A stretch of DNA of 64,000 nt from contig OY843751.1 in the NCBI GenBank assembly GCA_963693055.1, forward strand, positions 3,840,001 through 3,904,000, read 5' to 3'. Numbering within the stretch: the stretch's first letter is position 1; the number at the start of each line of letters is the position of its first letter. This stretch comes from a bacterium (GTDB lineage Bacteria; Zhuqueibacterota; Zhuqueibacteria; Residuimicrobiales; Krinioviventaceae). This document shows, one piece after another, positions 48,366-59,186 of this stretch. A model generated the notes under the pieces. The model did no database searches. It saw only the letters and a program-made list of their open reading frames with translations, and was not told where the DNA came from. A program made the position numbers and the translations under genes.

Positions 48366-50213
48366 TTGAGATTCAAATTAATCATTACATCACTGATCTT
48401 GTTTGTTATATCCCAAGCCGGTATCGCAAACCAAATGACAGATCCATTGCTGATTTTGCAAAAACATTACGAGGCGACCGGTGGATTGGAAAAGCATAAA
48501 CAGGAAAAAACAACTTTAATGGAAGCAAAGCTCTATCTTGCCGGCCTGGAAGGTACCGTAAAACAATGGAATGAGGTCCCGGGAAAAAGCAGGCAGGAAC
48601 TTGATCTCCAAATATTAACACAGGTCGAAGGAGATGACGGGAATACAAGTTGGATTGTAGATTCGAATGGCAAATTAAAAATAAATCGTGATAAAGCCAC
48701 ATTGGAAAAACGGGAAATCTCAAAGGCTATGGAACAGTTGGAATTTATGGATCCCAATTCTGAAATATTTACACTGAAATTCGGAGGTATTGAACCGGTG
48801 GGAGAAACAGATTGTTACAAAATCATCATTTCAAATTCAATCAATAAAAATGTCAAAGCACAATTCTTTAGTACAAAAGACTTTTACAAGTTAAAATCCT
48901 GTGATTTTGAGAACAAGTATGAAACCCAAACGCTATACTCGGATTTTAGAGAAGTTAATGGATTAATTAAACCCTTTTTATATAATATCACAGAAGTGAA
49001 TACGGGACAAGAGCAGAAAATAGAGGTAATGAGCTGGGAATCCAATATTGAAATTGATCAGTCATTATTTCAGGTCCCAAACCAGGATATTAAAGACTTT
49101 GAATTCATAAAAGGCAACAGTTCAGAAAATATTCCTTTTAAATATATTTACAATCATGTCTTTTTATATGTTACCATAGATAATGATGTGCAATTATGGG
49201 TACTGGACAATGGTGCTGATGTGACCTGCATTAACCGCCAATACGCGGAAAGAATGGGTTGGGAGATTAGCGGTAATCTCAAGGGAGAAGGTGTAAACAA
49301 TACTGTTGAATTTGGATTTTTAGAGATTCCAGAATACAGCATTAAAGGAATTCGCCTAAAAAGCCAGACAGTAGCAACACTGGATTTTACATTTATCGAA
49401 AAAGGTTTGGGAATCGAACTGGCAGGAATTTTGGGTTATGATTTTCTCTCACGATTTGTCACCAAAATTGATTATGCCAACGAGACACTTTCTTTTTATG
49501 ATCCCGATACTTTTGAATATAAAGGTAACGGTAGTCAGATAGACGCTCCCCTAACCGGGAAAATGTTTAGTTTCCCTGCAACTGTTGATGGAAAATACAC
49601 AGGTGCATGGGGTGCGGATATCGGTTCAGGCTCGCTCTCCTTTCACTATCCCTTTGCCAGTGAAAATAACCTGCTGGGTAAAGATGGTGTATTGTATATG
49701 GGTGGCGGTGCAGGCGGTGAAATGCAGGAAAAACGATCAAAATTTAACACCCTCTCCTTTGCCGGTTTTACAATCGATAATCCCTACATAGATTTACCAG
49801 CGGATTCGTCAACAGGTTCATATGCCAACGATCGGTTAATTGGAGAAATGGGGAATCCCCTATTTTGCAATTTTATTTTTTATATGGATTATAAAAACCA
49901 AAGATTGATCTTTGAAAAAGGAAACAATTTCAACAAACCGAAACCGGTTGACAAAAGCGGTATTCAACTTTATTATAATGATAACGAACAACTCTATATT
50001 CATTACCTTTCACCCGGCTGTCCGGGTGAAAAAGCCGGGTTCAAAAAAGGAGATATTTTTCTTTCAATTAATGATATTGGTATAGAAAGCTTTAACGGGT
50101 TAGAGGCAATTCAAAAGTTGTTCAAAAAACAAAATAATACACAATACAAGATCAAAATCCAACGAGGGGATAAAGACAAAACGTTAAAGCTCACCTTAAA
50201 AGACCTGTATTAA
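48366..50213 (+). CDS. Secreted aspartyl-protease-like protein with PDZ domain
   Basis: VLDNGA, GILGYDFL, second lobe ADIGSG, PDZ PGEKAGFKKGD. Confidence 0.8.
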   Translation: MRFKLIITSLILFVISQAGIANQMTDPLLILQKHYEATGGLEKHKQEKTTLMEAKLYLAGLEGTVKQWNEVPGKSRQELDLQILTQVEGDDGNTSWIVDSNGKLKINRDKATLEKREISKAMEQLEFMDPNSEIFTLKFGGIEPVGETDCYKIIISNSINKNVKAQFFSTKDFYKLKSCDFENKYETQTLYSDFREVNGLIKPFLYNITEVNTGQEQKIEVMSWESNIEIDQSLFQVPNQDIKDFEFIKGNSSENIPFKYIYNHVFLYVTIDNDVQLWVLDNGADVTCINRQYAERMGWEISGNLKGEGVNNTVEFGFLEIPEYSIKGIRLKSQTVATLDFTFIEKGLGIELAGILGYDFLSRFVTKIDYANETLSFYDPDTFEYKGNGSQIDAPLTGKMFSFPATVDGKYTGAWGADIGSGSLSFHYPFASENNLLGKDGVLYMGGGAGGEMQEKRSKFNTLSFAGFTIDNPYIDLPADSSTGSYANDRLIGEMGNPLFCNFIFYMDYKNQRLIFEKGNNFNKPKPVDKSGIQLYYNDNEQLYIHYLSPGCPGEKAGFKKGDIFLSINDIGIESFNGLEAIQKLFKKQNNTQYKIKIQRGDKDKTLKLTLKDLY

Positions 50214-50220
50214 ACCAGAG

Positions 50221-50247
50221 GCTGCACAAATTGTGCAGCTTTTTTTT
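50221..50247 (+). terminator. Intrinsic terminator
   Basis: gctgcaca-aat-tgtgcagc followed by T8. Confidence 0.75.
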
Positions 50248-50335
50248 GATAAAAAAAAAATTAAAAAAAACATTTCCAAATTCATATTATTGTCGTATAG
50301 TATTAAAATAAGGGTAGTCAATAATTGGGGCTTGT

Positions 50336-51898
50336 ATGCAGAAAATTAATCCTGCCAGGGCAGGAAGGCGGCGATCGACCAACATAAATGAAAACGGTCT
50401 GATATGGGGACTGGCAATCATAAAGCTGGTGATCATTCTCATTGCTGCAAATCACTATCACTATAATCCACAAGAACTCTATTATCTGGCTTGCAGTCAT
50501 CATCCAAGCTGGGGTTACGCAGATGTCCCTCCGTTTTCAATCTTGTTATTATGGCTGGTCAGAAATACCATAGGGACCTCTATTTATGCGCTGCACATAC
50601 TTCCAGCGCTTAGCGGAGCACTGACTGTATTTTTTATTGGTCATATCACCCGGGAGCTTGGCGGTAGTAGATTTGCCATTACTCTTGCCAGCACGGCCTA
50701 TATTCTTACTCCTTTATATTTATCGATTCACAGTTCCTTTTCACCTGCTGCTTTTGATGGGTTGTTTTATATATTGGTTTTATATTTTTTCATCAAATCC
50801 ATCCATACCGAAAATTATTTATACTGGTTTCTAATTGGATTCTTTATGGGGCTTGCAGTCTTGAACGCATTCAGCAGCATGGGGCTTATTCTGGGTCTGT
50901 TTGCAGGTCTTTTGTTTAAAAAATATAGAAACGCTTTTCTTCACAAAGAAGTATGGTACGCCGCTTTACTTGTCATCTGCGCTTTATTACCCCATATAAC
51001 CTGGCAGCTAGATCACAGTCTACCAATCAATCACTGGTTTAGCAATCACTCTGTCTGGTCTTCATCAAACAGTTCGTTAGCAGGATTTTTCAGCAAACAA
51101 TTTTTATTCAACAATTTATTTGTAATCCCGGTTTATATTGCAGGAATAATTGCGTTTTTTAAAAGCAAAGCATTAAAAGAATATTCAATTTTTCAATTCA
51201 TTTTTATTACTGTAGTTGTATTGCACCTTATTGCCGGCACGAATGATGGCACATCATTATTTTCTGCCTATCCCCTCTTGCTCATCCCCGGTGCAATATT
51301 TATGGAAGAGACATTGGTGGAAAATCTGGGCAATTCTTTTAAGCTGATTATATTAATACCCATCATGTTATTTGGTTTGTTGCTGCTCCCCTTTTCCTCG
51401 CCAGTCCTTCCAATCATTGGACTAAAAATATACCAGCAAAATATATCAGAATACCTCCCTTTGTTAACCCCATTGTATATATCACATCATACACTTGAAT
51501 ATGGTGCGCAATTGGATACGGATCAAAAAATTAAGGAAATCCATTCCTTTATAAAAAAACAGGAACCCGGATATTATAAATGCATTATAACTGACAATAG
51601 TCAATTGGCCGCGGCAATAGATTTTTATCATGTAAAATATCAATTTCCTTCTGTGATTTCACCTCATAGTGTTTACGGTTATTGGGGACCAGGAAATATA
51701 GAGACGTCCCGATGTCTTTATATCGACACCAAAGATATACAGGTACAATGGCGAGACTTGTTTAATACCATTGTGTTAATAGATACGGTAACAATTAGTC
51801 CAGACTTTGCTTCCCAAAGCCGTCTATTTTTCTTTGAATGTAAGGACATCAACAAACCTATAGAAAACGCCTGGCCAGCTTTACTGCATACGGACTAG
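50336..51898 (+). CDS. GT39/PMT_2-like integral membrane glycosyltransferase
   Basis: ELYYLAC, WGYADVPP, PHITWQ, multiple TMs, YWGP. Confidence 0.75.
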   Translation: MQKINPARAGRRRSTNINENGLIWGLAIIKLVIILIAANHYHYNPQELYYLACSHHPSWGYADVPPFSILLLWLVRNTIGTSIYALHILPALSGALTVFFIGHITRELGGSRFAITLASTAYILTPLYLSIHSSFSPAAFDGLFYILVLYFFIKSIHTENYLYWFLIGFFMGLAVLNAFSSMGLILGLFAGLLFKKYRNAFLHKEVWYAALLVICALLPHITWQLDHSLPINHWFSNHSVWSSSNSSLAGFFSKQFLFNNLFVIPVYIAGIIAFFKSKALKEYSIFQFIFITVVVLHLIAGTNDGTSLFSAYPLLLIPGAIFMEETLVENLGNSFKLIILIPIMLFGLLLLPFSSPVLPIIGLKIYQQNISEYLPLLTPLYISHHTLEYGAQLDTDQKIKEIHSFIKKQEPGYYKCIITDNSQLAAAIDFYHVKYQFPSVISPHSVYGYWGPGNIETSRCLYIDTKDIQVQWRDLFNTIVLIDTVTISPDFASQSRLFFFECKDINKPIENAWPALLHTD

Positions 51899-51978
51899 AA
51901 AAACTTGTATTTTTTCTAATTGAATTTATTGCATTTTTCATTTATTTTTCAACAAACGATTGAATATAGAGGAACGCT

Positions 51979-52182
51979 ATGGAATGTAAAAAAAGTAGAA
52001 ATTTGCAAAACTGTAATTGTAGTTATGAACCCTGCTCCCGTAAAGGTGTGTGCTGTGATTGTATTCAATATCATCTCAAAATGCGCGAACTTCCCGCATG
52101 TGTTTTCCCGAATGATATAGAAAAAACCTATAACCGTTCGTTTGAAAAATTTGCACAACTGGTGAATGAAGGAAGAGTTTAA
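51979..52182 (+). CDS. Small Cys-rich protein (DUF6485-like)
   Basis: [21 protein letters not shown]...LPAC; AGGA SD. Confidence 0.75.
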   Translation: MECKKSRNLQNCNCSYEPCSRKGVCCDCIQYHLKMRELPACVFPNDIEKTYNRSFEKFAQLVNEGRV

Positions 52183-52240
52183 AAAGAATTCTTTTCATTT
52201 CTTTTAATTCATAATTATTACGGATATATGAGGAGCCATT

Positions 52241-53290
52241 ATGAAAAAACTGTCCATCCTTTTTTTATTGCTGGTATTTTCCTGCAGCTCTCAAAAATTC
52301 GATTTTTACTCTCAACCTAAAATCGATGCACATGTGCATGTCAGAACCTATGACAAGAGCTTTGTTGAACAGGCACAAATGGACCATTTTGGATTATTGA
52401 CTATAAATACACGTTCATCCAGCAAAACCTATATCGATGAACAGCAGCGTTATGCAATTTTTCAGAACAAACACTATCCTGTTAACATTTCATGGGCTGC
52501 AACATTCAGTATGGAACACTTTGGTGAACCGGATTGGCAGCAAAATACTATAGCCTATCTTGATTCCTGCTTTCAAATGGGTGCTATTGCTGTAAAGGTT
52601 TGGAAAGACATTGGCATGACATTTCGCAATCCAGACAGCACATTCATCATGATCGATGATGAACGCTTTGATCCTGTTCTTGATTATATAGCATCAAAGG
52701 GTAAAACCCTGGTAGCACATATTGCAGAACCGCGTAACTGCTGGCTGCCTGTAGATTCCATGACAGTAAATAATGACAAAAAATATTTTACCAACAATCC
52801 ACAATATCACATGTATTTGCATCCGGATTACCCATCTTATAAAGAGATCATTTCTTCACGTGATAATATGTTGGCAAAACATCCTGATCTGAGGGTGGTT
52901 GGCTGTCATTTGGGCAGTTTGGAATGGAGCGTAGATGAACTTGCCAAACGCTTGAATAAATATCCCAATTTTGCAGTGGATCTTTCTGCCCGAATATGCC
53001 ATCTTCAGGTTCAGGATAGAAATAAAGTTCAGCAATTTATAAAAAATTACAGAACCCGAATTTTATACGGTACCGATTTTGGAGTACGGGAAACCAGCGA
53101 CTATCAACAAGTCAGAAAAAACATTCATAACCGTTGGCTGGAAGACTGGGACTATTTTACAACCGCTAAAAGCCTGACATCCAAAGATGTGCCCAATGAA
53201 TTTAAAGGATTAAAATTAAAGCCTGAAATAGTTAAAGATATTTTTTACAACAATGCAATCAGATGGTACCCCGAAATATCAGAATTATAA
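52241..53290 (+). CDS. Amidohydrolase family lipoprotein
   Basis: IDAHVH, VKVWK, CHLGS, YGTD. Confidence 0.85.
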   Translation: MKKLSILFLLLVFSCSSQKFDFYSQPKIDAHVHVRTYDKSFVEQAQMDHFGLLTINTRSSSKTYIDEQQRYAIFQNKHYPVNISWAATFSMEHFGEPDWQQNTIAYLDSCFQMGAIAVKVWKDIGMTFRNPDSTFIMIDDERFDPVLDYIASKGKTLVAHIAEPRNCWLPVDSMTVNNDKKYFTNNPQYHMYLHPDYPSYKEIISSRDNMLAKHPDLRVVGCHLGSLEWSVDELAKRLNKYPNFAVDLSARICHLQVQDRNKVQQFIKNYRTRILYGTDFGVRETSDYQQVRKNIHNRWLEDWDYFTTAKSLTSKDVPNEFKGLKLKPEIVKDIFYNNAIRWYPEISEL

Positions 53291-53311
53291 AATTGAACGA
53301 AAGGAAAATCC

Positions 53312-53755
53312 ATGGATTCTGCAAGCAACGCCCGTGAAACATTTCTAAAAGGCTTTACCTGTTCTCAGGCAATTGTTTTAACATTTGCCGATCAGGTAGG
53401 TCTCGATAAAAATACAGCACTAAAATTTAGCAGTGGATTTGGTGGCGGTATAGGTCGAACAGGACATGTTTGCGGAGCTGTTTCCGGCGCTGTCTGTGTT
53501 TTGGGTATGCAATATGGTTTCACAGATGCAAGTGATGCTGACGCCAAAAACATTATATATGCTAAAATTCAGGAATTTCAAAAAAGATTTCAGGCAAAAC
53601 ATAATACTTTAATTTGTACTGATTTGATTGGACATGACATCAGTAACCCACAAGATCGGGCAAAAGCCATGGAAAAAAATATCTTTAAAACTTTTTGTCC
53701 CGATTTCGTTGAAACTGCTGCCAGTATATTGGTTGAAATGCTGAATGAAGAATAA
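53312..53755 (+). CDS. C-GCAxxG-C-C family putative redox protein
   Basis: CSQA, GFGGG, CGAVSGA, C, C. Confidence 0.85.
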   Translation: MDSASNARETFLKGFTCSQAIVLTFADQVGLDKNTALKFSSGFGGGIGRTGHVCGAVSGAVCVLGMQYGFTDASDADAKNIIYAKIQEFQKRFQAKHNTLICTDLIGHDISNPQDRAKAMEKNIFKTFCPDFVETAASILVEMLNEE

Positions 53756-54545
53756 CAAGTACACCTGGAATGCAGACGACTATGCTAAACACTCCTCGGC
53801 CCAGCTCGACTGGGCCCGGGAATTGATAAAAAAGCTCTCACTGAACGGTAATGAATCGGTTCTGGACATAGGCTGTGGAGACGGTAAAATAACTGCAGAA
53901 TTGGCAAAAATGCTTCCCCAGGGCTTTGTTCAGGGTATAGATAATTCAACCGGAATGATCCAACTGGCAAAAAAATCGTTTCCCTCTCAAAACTATCCCA
54001 ACCTAAATTTTATAAATATGGATGCCAGAGATATACAATATACCAATCAATTTGATATTGTATTTTCAAATGCTGCCCTGCATTGGATTCAGGGGCACCA
54101 ATCTGTTTTATCCGGTATCAGTAACGCGCTAAAAACCGGTGGCAGATATTTGCTGCAAATGGGTGGTTATGGAAACGCAGCAGAAATAATCAAGATTGTT
54201 AATCAAATAATCATTAAACCGGAATGGGAACATTATTTTCAAGAATTTACATTTCCCTATGGTTTCTACACCCCGGATGATTACGATAAATGGGTAATCA
54301 ACACACGTCTCAAGCCTGAACGTACTGAACTTTTACCCAAAGAAATGATTTATGATTCTGCAGAAAATCTCAAAGGCTGGTTCAGAACGACATGGCTGCC
54401 TTTTATTGAAAAAGTACCAACGGCTTTGAAGGAGCAATTCATAGATAAAATTATAGAAACATATCTGTCCAACAATCCCCCAGATCCATCAGGTAATATC
54501 CGGGTCAAGATGGTACGTCTCGAAACCCAGGGTTACAAAGAGTAA
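53745..54545 (+). CDS. Class I SAM-dependent methyltransferase (trans-aconitate MT-like)
   Basis: LDIGCGDG, FSNAALHW. Confidence 0.85.
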   Translation: MKNNKYTWNADDYAKHSSAQLDWARELIKKLSLNGNESVLDIGCGDGKITAELAKMLPQGFVQGIDNSTGMIQLAKKSFPSQNYPNLNFINMDARDIQYTNQFDIVFSNAALHWIQGHQSVLSGISNALKTGGRYLLQMGGYGNAAEIIKIVNQIIIKPEWEHYFQEFTFPYGFYTPDDYDKWVINTRLKPERTELLPKEMIYDSAENLKGWFRTTWLPFIEKVPTALKEQFIDKIIETYLSNNPPDPSGNIRVKMVRLETQGYKE

Positions 54546-54591
54546 TAAAATTCATACTCCACTCTGCTTAACAGCCAAATCTCATTACTCC

Positions 54592-54619
54592 TTGACTTTG
54601 GTACATTTTTTCGTATATT
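54592..54619 (+). promoter_or_regulatory. Putative sigma70-type promoter of the ablA operon
   Basis: TTGACT-N16-TATATT. Confidence 0.4.
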
Positions 54620-54759
54620 ATTATATGTTTTTATTTGAATTTTCAAAAAATTTCAGAAAAACGGGTTCTATTCTCTTTTCATTCTACTTTAATTGATATT
54701 TCCCCTACTCTTATCCTGTTTTAACACATGTGTATATAATAATATATAAAGGAATACCT

Positions 54760-56085
54760 ATGTCTATATATAATGAAAAACAACAAAATTTGGCAGAAAA
54801 AATAGACTCTGATATTAAAAAATCTCAATGGCAAGATTGGCGTTGGCAAATAAAACATTCAATTAAAGATATAAATACTTTTCAAAAATTATTGGGTATA
54901 AAATTTCCAACCAGTACTCAAAAAGCCCTTAAAGAGACACTAGATAAATTTCCGCTTTCCATAACTCCCTATTATTTGTCTTTAATTGATGTTGACGATT
55001 ATGAAAACGACCCAGTATTTAAACAATCGTTTCCCTCTCCTTCAGAATTGATCATGAATGCTCATGACATGGAAGATCCGCTTGCAGAAGATAAAGACAG
55101 CCCTGTTCCTTTGGTAACGCATCGCTATCCGGACCGTGTACTGTTTCATATCAGTAATATCTGTTCCATGTATTGCCGTCATTGCACACGAAAACGCAAA
55201 GTAGGAGATGTAGATTCGATCCCTGTACGTGATGATATCAAATTAGGATTAGATTACATCCGAAACACCCCAAAAGTACGAGATGTATTATTGTCTGGTG
55301 GAGATCCCCTAATGCTGGCAGACAATTATCTGGATTGGATATTAACAGAATTACATGCCATACCTCATGTCGAGGTTGTGCGCATTGGTACCCGTATGCC
55401 GGTTGTGCTCCCGTATCGTATCACGGATAAACTGGTAGATATGTTAAAAAAACACCAACCTTTATGGATTAATACACATTTTAACCATCCCCGTGAAGTT
55501 ACCGCGTCATCAACTGCTGCGTTGCGTAAACTCGCAGATGCCGGATTCCCCCTGGGTAACCAAACCGTACTTTTAGCAGGTGTTAATGACTGCCCCCGTA
55601 TCATGAAAAGCCTGGTGCACAAATTGGTTAAAAATCGCGTACGCCCCTATTACATGTACCAATGTGATCTTTCAGAAGGTTTGTCACATTTCCGTACCCC
55701 CGTAGGTAAAGGTATAGAGATCATTGAAAGTATGATTGGTCATACAAGCGGTTTTGCTGTTCCCACATATGTTATCGACGCACCCGGTGGCGGCGGCAAG
55801 ATTCCGGTCATGCCTAATTATCTAATCTCATGGTCTACCAATAAAGTTATCCTAAGGAATTATGAAGGTGTAATAACCACCTATGAAGAACCGGATTCGT
55901 ACGAACAAGTATTCTGTGACAGAAATTGTGACAATTGCTCATTACAACTCAAGCTCGAAGAAGCGGATGAATACAAGTCCATTGGTATTGAAAAACTCTT
56001 GTCATACGATGATGATGCAATATCTCTTGTACCTCAAGACAATGAAAGATTTGAAAGACGAAACAACTCGGAAGACGAAGAATGA
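54760..56085 (+). CDS. ablA: Lysine 2,3-aminomutase (radical SAM)
   Basis: [30 protein letters not shown]; in an operon with a beta-lysine acetyltransferase. Confidence 0.92.
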   Translation: MSIYNEKQQNLAEKIDSDIKKSQWQDWRWQIKHSIKDINTFQKLLGIKFPTSTQKALKETLDKFPLSITPYYLSLIDVDDYENDPVFKQSFPSPSELIMNAHDMEDPLAEDKDSPVPLVTHRYPDRVLFHISNICSMYCRHCTRKRKVGDVDSIPVRDDIKLGLDYIRNTPKVRDVLLSGGDPLMLADNYLDWILTELHAIPHVEVVRIGTRMPVVLPYRITDKLVDMLKKHQPLWINTHFNHPREVTASSTAALRKLADAGFPLGNQTVLLAGVNDCPRIMKSLVHKLVKNRVRPYYMYQCDLSEGLSHFRTPVGKGIEIIESMIGHTSGFAVPTYVIDAPGGGGKIPVMPNYLISWSTNKVILRNYEGVITTYEEPDSYEQVFCDRNCDNCSLQLKLEEADEYKSIGIEKLLSYDDDAISLVPQDNERFERRNNSEDEE

Positions 56086-57506
56086 GTCTTGTTGATTACC
56101 TGATTTTCATAATATATATGGTTCTGGTTTTAGGTGTAGGATTTTATTTCTACTTTAAAAACCAGACAAAAGAAGATTATTATGTAGGTGGGCGTTCAAT
56201 ATCTGCCAGCCATGTTGGTTTGTCTATAGTAGCAACGGATGTTGGTGGCGGCTTTTCAATTGGTTTGGGAGGACTTGGATACCTGATGGGTTTATCCGGT
56301 TCATGGCTACTGTTTACCGGTCTGGTGGGTGCATGGATAACTGCGGTTATTATGATCCCAAAAATAAAATCCATTGACGAAAAACTGGGGCTTCTCTCCT
56401 TTCCGGATTTTTTACAACACAAATACGATCATCGTGTTGCCCTGGGAGCTGCAATTATTTCGGGTATCGGTTATCTGGGTTTTACTGGTGGTCAGATACT
56501 GGCTGGTGCCAAACTGGCAGCAAGCACTATTTTCAGTGATCTGCCCTTTTCTATGGAACCATTGACATTTTCTATTTATATTATGTCCGGAATTATCATT
56601 ATTTATACAGTATTGGGTGGTATCAAAGCCGTAATATATACGGATACTATCCAATGGATTGTGTTATTATGTGGATTACTTTTCTTTGCATTGCCTATAA
56701 CCTATTATGAGGTTGGCGGCTGGCACGAAATAACACGTCAATTACCACATAATTTTATGACATTGACTAACATAACTCCTATTCAATTGATCAATTGGTT
56801 CATTACCATTGTTCCGATCTGGTTTATTGGAATGACATTGTATCAACGGATATATGCCTGTAGGACTGTCAAAGATGCACAAAAGGCTTGGTTCATTGCC
56901 GGCATATTTGAATATCCGGTAATCGCATTTGTAGGAGTAACTTTGGGTATGATGTCCCGTATTATGTTTCCCAATATAGAACCGGAAATGGGAATGCCGC
57001 TGCTCATTAAAAATGCATTACCTATTGGTATAACAGGAATTGTGATATCTGCATATTTTTCCGCCATCATGTCCACTGCAGACAGTTGCCTTATTGCCTC
57101 ATCAGGAAATTTTGTTTCCGATATCATTCATAAACACATCCTGAAAAAGGCCTCCCATCGATTTATTATGAGACTTTCTTTGGTAGTAACGTTGATATTG
57201 GGAATTCTGACAATAATTATCGCAAGTTCTTTTGGAACGGTATTGGAGATTATTTTACACGCGTATTCATTCATGGTAGCGGGATTATTTATACCAACAC
57301 TTGGCGCGCTGTTTTGGGAAAAAAGCCATCCTACGGCCGCATTATGGAGTATTTACACTGGGGGAACGATAACCTTGATTATTATATTTGCAAAGTTGGA
57401 TATGCCCCTGGGTTTAGATGCTAGTTTTTATGGCATACTGGTTTCGGCTTTGTTCTTTATTCTGTTGTCACTCTGGTATAATAAAACGGAGAATAAACAT
57501 GTATGA
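56082..57506 (+). CDS. Sodium:solute symporter family protein
   Basis: [21 protein letters not shown], ~13 TMs. Confidence 0.9.
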   Translation: MSLVDYLIFIIYMVLVLGVGFYFYFKNQTKEDYYVGGRSISASHVGLSIVATDVGGGFSIGLGGLGYLMGLSGSWLLFTGLVGAWITAVIMIPKIKSIDEKLGLLSFPDFLQHKYDHRVALGAAIISGIGYLGFTGGQILAGAKLAASTIFSDLPFSMEPLTFSIYIMSGIIIIYTVLGGIKAVIYTDTIQWIVLLCGLLFFALPITYYEVGGWHEITRQLPHNFMTLTNITPIQLINWFITIVPIWFIGMTLYQRIYACRTVKDAQKAWFIAGIFEYPVIAFVGVTLGMMSRIMFPNIEPEMGMPLLIKNALPIGITGIVISAYFSAIMSTADSCLIASSGNFVSDIIHKHILKKASHRFIMRLSLVVTLILGILTIIIASSFGTVLEIILHAYSFMVAGLFIPTLGALFWEKSHPTAALWSIYTGGTITLIIIFAKLDMPLGLDASFYGILVSALFFILLSLWYNKTENKHV

Positions 57507-58341
57507 TACAATAGAAAAATTACAACATTCCACAATACAGCATGGTAAATATAACGATCGGATCTATTTAATGAAACTGGATCCAAAAGATTATTTCACA
57601 CTGCCGGGTGAATTGGAAAGACTGGCAGAACAGGAAGAGTATTCTAAAATATTCACCAAAATACCTGTGAATGCGTGTATGAATTTTCAACATTATCAAT
57701 TTACCAAAGAAGCATATATACCCAAATTCTTTCAGGGCAGAACCCCTGCTTATTTTATTTCAAAATTTGTAGACCGAAAAAGGGCTCACTTGTCAATTGA
57801 AAATCGGCAGGAAATATCTGAAATTATCAAACTTGCTAAATCCAAAGCCCGGCAAAAAGATGGGCCTTTAGCAGAGGGTTTGGAAATAAGGGAATTAACT
57901 CCCAAAGATATACCCCAACTTACGGCATTGTACAAGATGGTCTTTAAAACGTATCCGTTTCCTATTTTCGAAGACGAGTATATTGCCGAAACCATGAAAG
58001 ACCATATTCTCTATTTCGGATTGTTTGATAAAGACACATTACTTGCAGCTTCTTCCTGTGAAATGGACAAGGAAAACCTGAATGTAGAAATGACTGACTT
58101 TGCAACGCATCCTGATCATCTTGGCAATGGTTACGCATACCAACTTTTACGAGCAATGGATAAAGAAATGAAAGCGCAAGAGTTTGTAACAGCCTTTACC
58201 ATTGCCCGTTCTGTTTCACATGGAATGAATATTACATTTTCAAAACGAGGATATAATTTTTCAGGTACATTGATAAACAATACAAACATTAATGGCGAAA
58301 TTGAATGTATGAATGTCTGGTACAAGACATTGCTTAAATAA
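57499..58341 (+). CDS. ablB: Beta-lysine N-acetyltransferase (GNAT)
   Basis: QHGKYNDRIYLMK, YPFPI, EMTDFAT, TIARS, GTLINNTNI, MNVWYK. Confidence 0.88.
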   Translation: MYDTIEKLQHSTIQHGKYNDRIYLMKLDPKDYFTLPGELERLAEQEEYSKIFTKIPVNACMNFQHYQFTKEAYIPKFFQGRTPAYFISKFVDRKRAHLSIENRQEISEIIKLAKSKARQKDGPLAEGLEIRELTPKDIPQLTALYKMVFKTYPFPIFEDEYIAETMKDHILYFGLFDKDTLLAASSCEMDKENLNVEMTDFATHPDHLGNGYAYQLLRAMDKEMKAQEFVTAFTIARSVSHGMNITFSKRGYNFSGTLINNTNINGEIECMNVWYKTLLK

Positions 58342-58448
58342 TATCCTGCAAGTTCATTAGAATGCAAGAGTGATTAAAGATTTTCTTTAAATTTTTGCAT
58401 AAAATTTTGTATATTCATGTTTATAATAAATAAATAAAGAAAATATAC

Positions 58449-59177
58449 ATGAATACTATAGAATATTCTGTTACAATTCCGGTTTATAACGAACAGGACA
58501 ACCTGCAAGAGCTTGCCGATAATATTACAGAAGCAATGGATGCAATAGGTAAACCCTATGAAGTCATTCTTGTAGACGATGGAAGCAAAGATAACAGCAG
58601 AGAGCTCATTAAACAACTCTGCAACGAACGTGCACCCTATCGTTATCTTTTTTTCGACGGTAATCATGGCCAGTCAGCCGCATTTGATGCAGGTTTTAAA
58701 GCAGCACGCGGCGGCATCATCATCACCATGGATGCAGACTTGCAGGTAGACGCCAAAGATATTCCCAAACTCCTTGAAAAAATGGACGAGTACGATGCGG
58801 TTGTGGGATATCGCAAAACCCGCCAGGATAGCCTGAACAAACGAATTTCTTCTAAAATAGCAAATGCAATTCGTAACAAACTCAGCGGAGAGAGTATTCG
58901 AGATACGGGATGTCCGTTAAAAGCCATGAAACGGGAAGCGCTGATCAAGGTCAAGTTGTTTAAAGGCATGCACCGTTTCTTTCCCACTTTGCTGAAAATG
59001 GAAGGGTATACAGTAACCGAAGTTCCGGTGAATCATTATCCCCGCGTTCATGGCGTTTCAAAATACACAATGCGGAACCGGGCCATCCGCGCATTGCTGG
59101 ACCTGTTTGCAATCCGCTGGATGCAAAAAAGATATCTTCGCTATCAAATCATTCAAGACAGTTTACATTCCAACTAG
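58449..59177 (+). CDS. Polyprenol-phosphate glycosyltransferase, GT2 (ArnC/DPM-like)
   Basis: PVYNE, DDGS, GQSAA, DADLQ, DTGC, HRF. Confidence 0.9.
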   Translation: MNTIEYSVTIPVYNEQDNLQELADNITEAMDAIGKPYEVILVDDGSKDNSRELIKQLCNERAPYRYLFFDGNHGQSAAFDAGFKAARGGIIITMDADLQVDAKDIPKLLEKMDEYDAVVGYRKTRQDSLNKRISSKIANAIRNKLSGESIRDTGCPLKAMKREALIKVKLFKGMHRFFPTLLKMEGYTVTEVPVNHYPRVHGVSKYTMRNRAIRALLDLFAIRWMQKRYLRYQIIQDSLHSN

Positions 59178-59186
59178 AAAAAAATC

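Noticed and set aside
54760-56085. EF-P modification enzyme EpmB or lysine-fermentation kamA
   Set aside because: Operon context with a beta-lysine acetyltransferase indicates ablA; no efp/epmA or kamDE nearby
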